Shown: positions 27,163 through 39,320, counted from the first letter of the stretch. The stretch is DNA of 42,267 nucleotides from Octopus sinensis (GCF_006345805.1 NW_021835169.1:1-42267), one strand, 5' to 3'. Notes: generated from the letters alone by a model not told the origin. Translations and numbers: made by a program.

Positions 27163-27689
27163 TCATCATCATAATCATCATCATCATCATCATCACTACC
27201 AGCATACCGACGCATTCGCCTTCTTGAACTCTTATTAATTAGCACCGTAGTTCACAACTCTCCCGGGAACTTCTTTTTCTTATTTGTGCACAGCGTCCTT
27301 CCCCCTTACACCACCACCTCACACCTCACACCTCACCTCACCTTAGTATCTATCTTTGTCGGAAACCATCAACGGAGGTGATATACAAACATATAAATAT
27401 CTATCTGTGCCTGTGTGTACGCATGTAATTAAGTATATATATGGATGTAGTATTTGTTTTTCTTTTTGTTTCCAAGCGGGATTACTACAAGCTTCTGATG
27501 TTGTATCAACAAGACCCAGGATGATCTCCCCTTCCGGTATGCAGCTGTGTCAACGCGTTACACCACCGGTATTTATTGAGTCGGGAAAGACCAACACAAA
27601 ACAGAAATTGCAATTGTTTTGTCAAGCCGATGATTACGTTATTTTAGGAGGAGAAGGAGGAGGAGGAGGAGGAGGAGGTAGAGGAGAAA

Positions 27690-27720
<31 letters not shown>

Positions 27721-28440
27721 AGGAGAAGAAGAAGGAGAAGAAGAGGAGGAAAAGGAGAAGAAATGGAAAAAGGAAGAGGGGGAGATTGGGAAGGAGGAGA
27801 AGGAGAAGAGGAAGAAGAAAGGAGAAGAATTGGAAAAAGAAGGAGGAGGAGAATGGGAAGGAAGAGGAGAAGAAGAAGTGAAAGAAGAAGAATTGGAAGG
27901 AGAAGAAAGAGGACGAAGAGGAGAATGAAATGGAGAAGAAGAAAGATGAAAAGAATGAGAAGAAGCAGAAGATGAGGAAGAAGGCAAAGAAAAAGAAGAG
28001 GAAGGGAAGAAGAAGAGAAGAAGGAAGAAGAAGAGGAGGGGAAGAAGAAGATGAGGAAGAAGGAGACGAAGAAGAAGGAGAAGAAGAAGAAGAAGAAGAA
28101 GGAACAACGTTTTCTTTCTTGGCGATCATCGTTATGAGTATCGTCTTCATCATTAACATCGTAATCCCCGTCGTCATCATTGATATTGTTAACATCTTCC
28201 TTCACCTCCTCCTCCTCATCCCCGTCATCATTGTCACGTCCATCACAACGACGACGACGACCACCTTCACCACCATCATCATCATCACCATAATCCTTCT
28301 CCTGTTACTCTTCCTGTTCCTCTTTCTTCTCTTCATCCTTCTCATCATAATGATCACTTTCATCAACTTCCGTGCGGTCATTATCATCGTAATTTTCGTA
28401 TTCGTCGTCGCTGTCATCATCATCACCATCGTCGTCGTCG

Positions 28441-28497
<57 letters not shown>

Positions 28498-28500
28498 ACT
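26624..28500. repeat. Trinucleotide arrays (CAT/CAC 26624-27200; GAA/GGA 27645-28125; CAT/CTT 28130-28500)
   Basis: Directly visible. Confidence 0.92.
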
Positions 28501-28667
28501 TAGTCCTTCCTTACTCCGCCACCCCCCGTCTCTAAATCATAAAGAATATAAAAAACGAAGTACATTTCGTATGTATTTACCTTTGTCGCCAACTGAACTT
28601 TCTGCCCTATATATATATATATACATATATATATACATATATATAGATATATACATACACACACACG

Positions 28668-28698
<31 letters not shown>

Positions 28699-28732
28699 CA
28701 CACACACACCACACACACACCACACACACCAC

Positions 28733-28792
<60 letters not shown>

Positions 28793-28793
28793 A

Positions 28794-28962
28794 TGAGAAT
28801 TTACAAAAAACAAAAGACGAAACAACAAACGGATGTATTAGTTCAACGGTCGGGAAGTGAGAAAGTCTTTTACGTTTCGAGCCTACGCTCTTCGACAGAA
28901 AGGAACACAAATAAATAGGGAGGGAAAATAGAAAAATGTTTAGTGGCTAGCGATCAATCATG
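28794..28962 (-). mobile_element. PLE-like family A copy with hammerhead-like motif (28867-28902)
   Basis: Minus strand CTTT-CTGTCGA-A-GAGC-GTAG-GCTC-GAAACGT-A-AAAG; 3' end next to (GA)n/(TA)n. Confidence 0.65.
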
Positions 28963-29449
28963 GTGAATGATACACACACATACACACAATATATATATTT
29001 CTGTATAGATATACACCAACAAACACAACACGCACACACACACGTCTGTGTGTGTATATATATATATATGTTTTTTTTAATGATTGATAGCGAAGACAGA
29101 GTGTACTGTAAGCTTTATTTAACACGACGATCGTTTCGGCTTACATCTGCACTGGACCCTTGTCGTGCTAAATGAAGCTTATAGAACACACTGTCTTCCC
29201 TATCAATTATTTAAAATATACGAAACGTACATCGAGGGTTTCCTCACGATAACCAATTACCTCCCCTTATTTATCTACTTTTTAAGTCATTCACTCGTGA
29301 ATATCACCACACACAACATGGACAAAATTTCTTCTTAAGAAAAAATACATATTCTAATAAGTAAAACATAATATCATGAATAGCGATAGCGAAACCGGTC
29401 GATATATAAAAAATTATATTAAAACTATGTAAGTGTGCGTATTTTCTTT

Positions 29450-29509
<60 letters not shown>

Positions 29510-29837
29510 TATATTCAGAAGTACAAATAAAGGTTACAAACCTCATTGAGGCATAGCAAAATCCTATGAATGTACTGGTTAGTTACCTATACAGAGACTG
29601 TTGCACATTACAGTTAATACTCAACTGCAAGGCAACTATAAAAACCATAATTTATATTATATTTATTTATTATAAGATAAGAAAATAGAGAGGTAATTTA
29701 TTGATTATCTCTCTATTTTCTTATCCCATTTTATTTACATATATATATATCATCATCATCATCATCATCATCATCGTCATCATCGTCATCATCATCTTCA
29801 TCATCGTCATCGTCATCGTCATCATCATCTTCATCAA

Positions 29838-29895
<58 letters not shown>

Positions 29896-29968
29896 GTCAT
29901 CATTATCTTCATCAACATCATCATTATCATCATAATCATCATCATCTTGAACCGTTAACCCATACACA

Positions 29969-30150
29969 TTTTTCTCTCTCCGGTTTTTCCTCTCCATGCT
30001 TTCTGTCCAAGAGCGTAGGCTCTTTTTTCTCTCTCCGGTTTTTCCTCTCCATGCTTTCTGTCCAAGAGCGTAGGCTCTTTTCCATACTTCCCTAGCCTTA
30101 AACTAATAGCCGTTTCTTCACCTGTCTTCGTCTTCTGTTTTCTGTAAATT
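29969..30150 (+). mobile_element. Family A copy with 55-bp tandem duplication and deleted GAAAC half
   Basis: Unit ending ctgtccaagagcgtaggctc occurs twice (ends 30022 and 30077); downstream sequence matches the family A 3' part. Confidence 0.65.
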
Positions 30151-30378
30151 TAATTTGTGTGTGTATACACACACACACACACATACATATATATATATGT
30201 ATGTGTGTGTGTGTGTGTGTGTGTGCGTGTGTGTGTGTATGTATGTATGTATGTATTTGAGAAAATGAATAGAGATGGATTTTCTGATGTTTTCCACTTT
30301 AATAATTAGGTGTTCATAATTTGAACATGTAGTAATTAAAGCGGAAAATATATAGTACTGTACCAAGGACTTCTTCTT

Positions 30379-30447
<69 letters not shown>

Positions 30448-30457
30448 TTATTATTAT

Positions 30458-30499
<42 letters not shown>

Positions 30500-31084
30500 A
30501 CACACGCACATATATACACATATATGTATATATATATATATATACATACATATATATATATATATATGTATGCATTAATATATTTATATGTATCTATATA
30601 CATTCGTATATAAATCGGAAATGATATACTCCAAGTTCATTTTATCTCTGTTTGTGCATGTGTGTGTGTGTGTGTGCGTGTTTGTGTGTGCGTATGTCTA
30701 TATAATACACACATACACACACATATATATATATAAACGACTTTGTGTATGTACTGTATGACGGAGGTCGTTATCTGAACCTCTTACATTAGGCGCAATA
30801 TGATTTATGGAATACGACTTAGGTATATTAAGACATGACCTATTTGGTCTTAAGAAGCGATTAATGGTTTTGGCAGAGATTCAGGTGGTACTCTCGTTTT
30901 GATTCAACTACCCGCATGGCACCCGTTTGGGCCCCCTGCCGGTAGCGCAGTTGCCGCCACCACACTGTGGACAATCAACCGCAAGTAGGAGGGTTGGTGA
31001 AGGTAGAAGAGAGGTCTGGTTAAATGGATCACATATGTTGATTATGAATTTATACAGTACATGCTGCAAAGAGAAACACACACA

Positions 31085-31127
<43 letters not shown>

Positions 31128-31274
31128 TAGATAGGTATTATAAAGTTCTGAGACACACTGACTCACTCATTCACACACGCATATGCACACACATGAACAC
31201 ACAGACATACACTTTTAGAGTGTTTGCATTTAATAAATTTTAAGTATATATACGTATGTATATATGTATGTATG

Positions 31275-31313
<39 letters not shown>

Positions 31314-31380
31314 TATATATGTGAATATAATATATATATACACACACACACACATACTCACATATATATTGTTGTAATTA

Positions 31381-31530
<150 letters not shown>

Positions 31531-31753
31531 TGTCTATCTATTTATTTATTTATTTATTCGTCTTTCTGTCTATCAATTTAGCCGTATCTATATAGCTCTC
31601 TTCGTGTATGGATTAATACATTCCAGCATGTATGTATTCCGTAGAGACATTTATTCCAAGATATTTACATAAATATTCGCATGTTTTTCTAAACTATCTG
31701 TATGTTGTATCGATGTATATTACATACTCATGATTAAATATCTCAACACACAC

Positions 31754-31803
<50 letters not shown>

Positions 31804-32449
31804 TCTCAATAGCCGTCACTCGCAAGCGAGTCACATTTGGTGAGGTTTAGCCCAGATTTCACTAATTCCTTTATGTACCTACGTCGTCGGGAGTAGACAA
31901 AAGAATGATTTCGACCTTGTCAGCAGCGACTAAAGAGTCCATTCAGGAGTGAAAACTTACGGGGGAAAGGCAAGTTTTCAATCCTGATCAGCCTCATCAA
32001 CGGGAGTGAATTGAAACGAAGATCCTTCTTAAAGGATACGACTCGTCGCTCGGCGAGGAATCGATCACGCAATGTTATGATCGTAAAATTATACATTCTG
32101 TAACTATTACTGTAAGTGAGGTGCCAGGTGCTTTATGATAGACCAATCGGTTTTATAATTGTTGATATTGTCATGCTTTGGGCTGCAGGTATATTTAGAT
32201 AGGGAAGCAGGGAAGCAGGGAAGAGTGTCTATATGTATACATATATTGTAAAGATTTCTTCAAGATTTGAAAGGGTCCTTTATTTGCAAGACAAAACTTA
32301 ACTCAAAAAATCAATGCTTTAAAAAGGCGCAAAGTTGAGAAATATTTGAGTTGATAGTTATTAAAATACTCGAAAGAAAAGAATTTCGTAAGTTCGTACT
32401 AAAATATATCGACTTTGGAAGCAGTAAAGATTTTGATAAAGCTATAGTT

Positions 32450-33125
32450 GGTAGACGGAAACTGAAAGAAGCCCGTCGTATATATATATATCACCGTGAT
32501 CACCGTGACCGACCAGGCTATCAGATGTTGCTACACATCGCTGGTCACAATTCGCTTCGCATTGTTTTAGTCTTCAAATGACGCCACCCCGCTGGCTAAG
32601 CGAGCAGGCCAACAGAAGAAAGCGAGAGAGAAAGTTGCGCGAAAGAGTACAGCAGGGGTCGCCACCCCACCCCCCTGCCGGAGCCTCGTGGAGCTTTAGG
32701 TGTTTTAGCTCAACAAACACTCACAACGCCCGATCTGGGAATTGAAACCGCAATCCTACGACTGCGAGTCCGCCGCCCTAACCACTGGGCCATTGCGCCT
32801 CCACACACACACACACACACACCACACATATATATATATATATATATATTTGTATATATAAATATATATATATATTTATACGTGTGTATGTGTGTATATG
32901 TTTGTGTGTCTGTGATTGTCCCCCCCAACATAGTTCGACAACCGATGGTGGTGTGTTTACGTCCCTGTAACTTAGCGGTTCGGCAAAAAGAACGATAGAA
33001 TAAGTACAAGGCTTCCAAAGAATAATTCCTGGGGTCGATTTGCTCGACTAAAAGGCGGTGCTCCAGCATGGCCGCAGTCAAATGACGGAAACCAGTAAAA
33101 GAGTAAAAAGAGTAAAGAGTATAGT
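32450..33125 (+). mobile_element. S2 SINE (5'-truncated) interrupted in its internal microsatellite
   Basis: ggtagacggaaactgaaagaagcccgtcg at 32450-32478; 3' half 32895-33125 with agagtaa tail. Confidence 0.75.
32491..32804 (-). mobile_element. tRNA-derived SINE family S3 nested in S2
   Basis: Minus strand A-box TGGCCCAGTGG (32782-32792) and B-box GGTTTCAATTCCC (32737-32749); the body is unrelated to S1 and S2. Confidence 0.75.
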
Positions 33126-33868
33126 TCATTATAACGCTGTGTTTTTAAAGATCAAATGCTAATTATAGCTAATGAACAAATACTCATAAATAGAGATTTT
33201 GAAATTTCAGACGATTATGGGGAAGAAAGGTTAAACTAAAGAGAATATTGGACGATTTAATCCCTCGTTTGTTCTGTTTGCCTCAATGAATATATGTTTC
33301 GTCTATGTAAAGTCACCATCTGTGGAACATACACGATGTCGTTACAATGTCTGAGATGAGATCTTTTCTTTGATTTGTTGGGTTAAAAACACGACACATA
33401 TATCGGAACGAGGCGAACATCGTCACTGCGGTGAGTCACGTGAACGACAGACGCGTTTGGCCTTTCTTGCGTCTCGTCAATGGAAAGCACGCAATTGTTA
33501 CCTGCATAAATGAAACTAGGGCCTCAATATATAGGAAACAGGGAATAAAACATTCACCAGCGCTGCGGAAGAATTTTTGGGTTGTAGGAAAACTCAGTGT
33601 AAGGTATTGATGCAACGTTAAATTGTAACCGAAATCTGTGTCATACAAAATGTATACACACCATTAGAAGGCATGAATCTGTGGAATTGTCCGAGATAAA
33701 ATCTTCCATTGATTTGTTGCGTTAAAAACACGGTATATAACAGGACAAGAGGAGCATCGTCGCTGTAGGGACTCACAAGACTGACAGAGGTATTTCGCCT
33801 TTGATGCGGATTGTCAATATACTTATATGTATATCTAATATATATGTACACACACACACACATACTCA

Positions 33869-33899
<31 letters not shown>

Positions 33900-35002
33900 T
33901 CACAGAGAAATACACAAACACATACACGTACACAAACACACACATACACCCGTATATATTTGGATTTTTATTTCATTTAAGCTACGAAGGTTAATGTTAT
34001 GGTAGAGAATAAGATTTAGAGTTTGATGCTGTACATTTCAGTCGATGTTCTGCTTTCATGTTGTGTGTGTGTGTGTGTACACACACATATTTATTTATAT
34101 ATTTATATGTAATTACACATATATGTGTACATAAGCCCAAAATACATACATACATATATACATATACATACACACACATATATATATATATATATATGTA
34201 TATACATATATATACACACATATATATATATATACATATATATACATATACATGCATACATACATACATCTATATATATATATTCGCTAAATGAGATCGC
34301 ACATTCGCACCTAAACGTATTTGTGCAGCTCGTAATGTCTCAGTCCGATTAAACACACTTCGAATTTAAGAGTGTATTGAGCCGCACTTTAATGTTTTGG
34401 TACGGGGGGGGGGAAACATAAACAAACCCTTGAAGTACAACTACCGTCCTTCCAACCTTCCTTCCAGCCTTCCTTCCAACCTTCCTACTTTCTCTCTTCC
34501 CTTGTTTCTTTCTTTCTTCCTTCCTTCTTTCTTTCTGACTTTTTAGTCGTCAGGACCAAGGCCATGGCGAAGCATACTCATACACACGCACACACACAGA
34601 CAAACACGTACAAACAAACACACACACACACACACACACGATATATTATTGGTATTTATGTATTTATGTATGTATAACACGCACATAATAACATCTGCAT
34701 TATGTATTAAATATTTTCGGAAGGAAAGACAGGCAATGATATGGTACATCCCTCCCACTAACCGCACCTCTTTTTGCGCTTAAAATAAGAGATCAAGTTT
34801 AGACGATGCTGGAACTTCTTGTTAAAGGGCCCAGCCCGTCCCTTACCACCTTCATATTTCCTCCACTAACTTCCAAAATTTATTCCGCACCTTCGGAAAT
34901 ATAATTATGATGTTTACATAAACCTTTTATTCATTGGTTGAGTTTAAGAACACATAGCAAAGTATATACTAATACACATATAGAAGAATTCAGATAGAAC
35001 AT

Positions 35003-35033
<31 letters not shown>

Positions 35034-35539
35034 ACACACATACACACACACACACACACACACGTACTTACTCATATAAAGTTATGTCTTCATTCACAGA
35101 ACAAACATAGAAATATATATTTCTGGTGAATGTATCTTTGTGTCTGTCAGTCTGTCTGTCTGTCTGTCTGCCTGTATGCATGTATGTAATTATATATTGA
35201 TATATATATATTCATATAGATATGCGTGCGTTTGTATGTGAGCGTGTGTATGTATGTATTGAAGGACAAAGAGGTGTGTACATAAAAATCCTAATCTGCG
35301 CGTGGGCGCTGTCATCAGCTTTACACATCCACACACAAATATGGTTATTCATTAACCTGTCTTTTAAAATATAGTCGTATGTATGCATGTATGTTTGTAT
35401 GTATGTATGTATGTATCTATCTATCTATCTATCTTTCTTCTTAGCTAGCTATCTGTCTATTTACATAAATGCATATATAATTAAATATATATATATATAC
35501 ATATCTACACACACACACACAGACATACACAACCGATTA

Positions 35540-35656
35540 TAGCAGCGACTCCATCTAAGAATATCTGAAGAAGGAATATTATTCCGAAATATCATATCAG
35601 ACAATGGATGACTAAATTACAACAGGTATATAGGCCATTGTTGTACCACCCTAGAC

Positions 35657-35660
<4 letters not shown>
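35540..35660 (+). mobile_element. PLE-like terminal element family C with hammerhead-like motif (35565-35598)
   Basis: CTGAAGA-A-GGAAT-ATT-ATTCC-GAAA-TA-TCA-TAT-C; ends ...agactat into (TA)n. Confidence 0.55.
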
Positions 35661-35729
<69 letters not shown>

Positions 35730-35757
35730 TATATATGTATGCATGTATATTTATCTG

Positions 35758-35819
<62 letters not shown>

Positions 35820-35825
<6 letters not shown>

Positions 35826-36020
35826 ATCCAAACAAGAAAACACGAAAGAAAAAAAAAAACACAGCAACGCGAGAACGTGGAACAAATATAGTATTATTGG
35901 ACGCTCAGGAAGAAGGGAAGAAGGAGGGTTTAACATTTCGAGCGAAGCTCTTCGTCGGAAACATAGGAGAAGGAAAGATCCCGAGAAGGGAAGACAGAGG
36001 AAAAAATATCGCCAGCGGTA
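35820..36020 (-). mobile_element. PLE-like family B copy with hammerhead-like motif (35928-35962)
   Basis: Minus strand GTTT-CCGACGA-A-GAGC-TTC-GCTC-GAAATGT-T-AAAC; highly similar to 818-1010; 3' end abuts (TA)n. Confidence 0.7.
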
Positions 36021-36028
36021 GATAGATA

Positions 36029-36064
<36 letters not shown>

Positions 36065-36520
36065 TGTATGTATGTATGTATGTATGTATGTATGTATGTG
36101 AATCCAAAATAAGGAACAAGAACACAACAGACGGCAATAAAACATCCGGACCGATAGACGATGGAAAGAAGGACAGAAAAACAATAAAACGACGGACAGG
36201 AAAATCAAGGACGGGTCATTCGCAGCCTTCTCTCATCAGTCAACTTTCCAAATCCTTCTTACACTTGAGACCTTTCAAATGTGGCTGGCCCCAAATGTCT
36301 AAGCTAAAAACATAAAATATTTTTGAGAGAATACAACAACAAAGAGGAAAAAAAAGAAACGGAGAAAATGTTACGCAATTACAAATACAAGCAACAATAA
36401 AAACAACAACAGGTGTCTTTCGACTAATAAATACGGACCAGGTTGAGATGGCGTGTGTATATATATACATACATATATATATACATATATATATACACTA
36501 TATATACATATATATATTGC

Positions 36521-36567
<47 letters not shown>

Positions 36568-36650
36568 TATATATATACATATATATTATATATATATATA
36601 TACATATATATATATACATACACATATATATACATGCATATATATATATA

Positions 36651-37694
36651 CTAGCATTAAAGACCCGTCGTTGCCGGGTCATAGTGCTAGTGCATGTATA
36701 TATATGTATATATATGTATATATATTACATGTACATCTATATATATACATCTACACATAAAATACAAAATACAAAGTTATATCTTGATATCGCTAGTGAT
36801 AACAATACTCAAAATATATAACAGACTGGAATTGTTAGCCCGTCTCTTGTAATTTCGATCAATTGTATCTTGTCCTCCCTCTTGTATAGAAGTGTGGCTA
36901 CAATCCAGCCTACCTCTACTTCTGGGAGGGGAGGAGGGCATTTAAAATGTTTTTCCGGTCGTCCTACGTCCCAGATATAATGGTAAAAATAAAATATTTC
37001 CACTTTGCAAGTTCGAGTCGAGTACTCCCTTGTACGCTCCGTTGACTCGAACTTCTATTGTGGCGAATTTACCGCCTCTGATTAGATACCTATCATAGTC
37101 GCACCAAGACACTTTTCGAAGGTGCTTTCCACCATGTGTTCAAATCTTTTTTCTCTACATTGTATACTTTATAGACAATAGTCTTTTCTTTAATTTAATT
37201 TTTTATTATCCATCTGGTCTATTCCATTTCTGCACGCTAATTTTATTTTTAATTTATTCCCATTCATGTGAAACCACTTATTCAAGTTCAAATCATTGAT
37301 GCAATTTTATACCAATTGCTATTTTTACTTTTGTTATGTTACGATTATATTATACTTAAATTTGATTTTAATTATTACTTACTACATATAATTCAATTGT
37401 TATTATTATTTTTATTGTTAAAGTGAAAGTATCTAACATAAAATAGAGAAACGTTTTTGTTTCACTTTTAACACGTAATACTGAAATAAAGGAGAAGATA
37501 TGATATTGCTATGGGCTCGCTCTAGGCAAGAAGTTGAACATTTCTTTTGCCCATGAAACTATATGGACCCTAAGTAAGGCATGTGTAAAATTTGAATGGA
37601 ATTGGTTTTGTAGTTCTCAAGTTTTAGGGAAACACATAAACAGACAGACAGACAGACGGACAGACACACATTCTCAGTTTTATATATATAAAGA
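36651..37694 (-). mobile_element. Non-autonomous Helitron
   Basis: Minus strand begins A|TCTTTATATATATAAAA, then a (CTGT)n microsatellite. It ends with hairpin GACCCG/CGGGTC (36662-36680), 7 nt and CTAG|T, giving an A|T target with no TSD. Confidence 0.8.
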
Positions 37695-37748
37695 TATATA
37701 CATACATACATATATATATACATACACATATATATATATACATGCATT

Positions 37749-37779
<31 letters not shown>

Positions 37780-37794
37780 TATATATGTAACACC

Positions 37795-38181
37795 TTTTTA
37801 CTTTTAGTCACTAAATTACGGCCATGCTGGGGCACCGGTTTGGAGAGTATCTAGCTAAATGTATCGACCTTGGCACTTGTTATTTATAAAAGCCTGGTAC
37901 TTATTCCTTCGGTTTCTCTTGCTGAACCGCTAGATTACGGGGACATAAGCACACAAATACCGGTTGTCAAGCGTTGATAGGGCACAAACAGACACACGGA
38001 TATAGATATAGATATAAATACATATCTACGATGGGATTCTCACAGTTTCTATCTATCAAATCCGCTCACAAGGCTTTGGTTGGCCCGAGGCTATAGCGGG
38101 AGACACTTGCTCAAGGTGCCACGCTTTGGGACTGAACCCGGAACCATGTGGTTGGGAATCAAGCTTCTTACCGCCCAGTCA
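37795..38181 (-). mobile_element. S2 SINE
   Basis: All S2 blocks present (ccatgtggttggg head, ccaaggtgccacgc, cggccatgctggggcacc). Confidence 0.85.
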
Positions 38182-38182
38182 C

Positions 38183-39246
38183 AATGTTTTTCCTGTTTTC
38201 GTTCTCGTCCTTCTGTTGTAACAAAATGGCTTTTCCGTTTTCGTTTCTGTTGAGTTTTACGTCCTTTTGTGGTGTCCTGTACATATTTATATTTATATAT
38301 ACATGTATATATACATGTAGATGTCGGTACGTACATATATGTTTGTATGTATGCATATATTTTATTTATTACACTATTGTCTGACAGCGCTCGCGTCGGG
38401 TTCGTTTGAATTTTCGATTTTTCGAATTTTCACTTCGTTCCGTCTCTATCCTCCCATTATTGTTTTATAGTTTAATATTATGACGCGAAATTCTCTCCCT
38501 TTGCTTTGCCTTCCCCTCTCTCTTTCTCTCTCTCCCTCTTCCTCACCCTTCTCTCAGCCGCGTTTCTTCCTCTATCTGTCTCTCTCTCTCTCTCTCTCTC
38601 ACTCCTCCTCACTTTCGTCACTGCTATCCTTTCGCACGTTGCTCTCAGGCCCTAAGGTCATGTTTCTCAGCGCTCGCCAGTTACCTCTTTCATCCCTCCC
38701 AGAACAAAGGCCTTCGTTCGTTTTTTTCGTTTGTTCTCTTGCTTATATTGATTTCTCGTATTGTATTTTATTTCTCGTTTTGTATTTTCTTGTACATGTT
38801 TTTTAATTTTGTATTTTTTCTTGTATTTTATTGTGCAGTTCTTTGTTACGTCCCTTTTTGTGTTACATTTTTTTCTTGCTTGTTTTACCCCTCTGCGAGG
38901 TTATTTTATTTTAATTCTCTCGTAGGAAGGCCTAGCATGACCAGACGTGTCCTGTATTGCCTTCGAAACACGCTATGTCTGCTAGTGACAGCTGATGAAG
39001 GGGATTTTTCCTTGTGTAGCATGTCCTGTACCTCGTTTTTCTGTTGTACTTAATGTTTTTCCTGTTTTCGTTCTCGTCCTTCTGTTGTAACAAAATGGCT
39101 TTTCCGTTTTCGTTTCTGTTGAGTTTTACGTCTTTTTGTGGTGTGCTGTACATATTTATATTTATATATGCATGTATATATACATGTAGATGTCGGTACG
39201 TACATATATGTTTGTATGTATGCATATATTTTATTTATTACACTAT
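38183..39246 (+). mobile_element. 869-bp unit plus 195-bp terminal redundancy, with tandem hammerhead-like motifs (PLE/retrozyme-like)
   Basis: 38183-38377 and 39052-39246 are direct repeats with 3 substitutions. HHR-like motifs lie at 38932-38985 and 38988-39029. Ends actat into TA-rich repeat. Confidence 0.6.
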
Positions 39247-39320
39247 ATATATACATATATATATATACACATATCTATATACGTATTCACATGCACTTAA
39301 ACACACACATATGTATAAGG

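Noticed and set aside
27477-27536. Possible 60-nt exon (ttttgtttccaag|...ccg|gtatgc; GLLQASDVVSTRPRMISPS)
   Set aside because: The AAG acceptor is weak, the peptide is not recognisable and no partner exons were found; it needs RNA-seq junction reads.
31890-32000. Minus-strand hammerhead candidate (TTGATGAG...GTCGAAA)
   Set aside because: Stem III does not pair, and the putative stem I halves are direct repeats rather than complementary.
32701-32804. tRNA gene (also SINE heads at 3300, 12200, 40145)
   Set aside because: Pol III A/B boxes are present, but the heads continue into SINE bodies and I could not build a complete cloverleaf.
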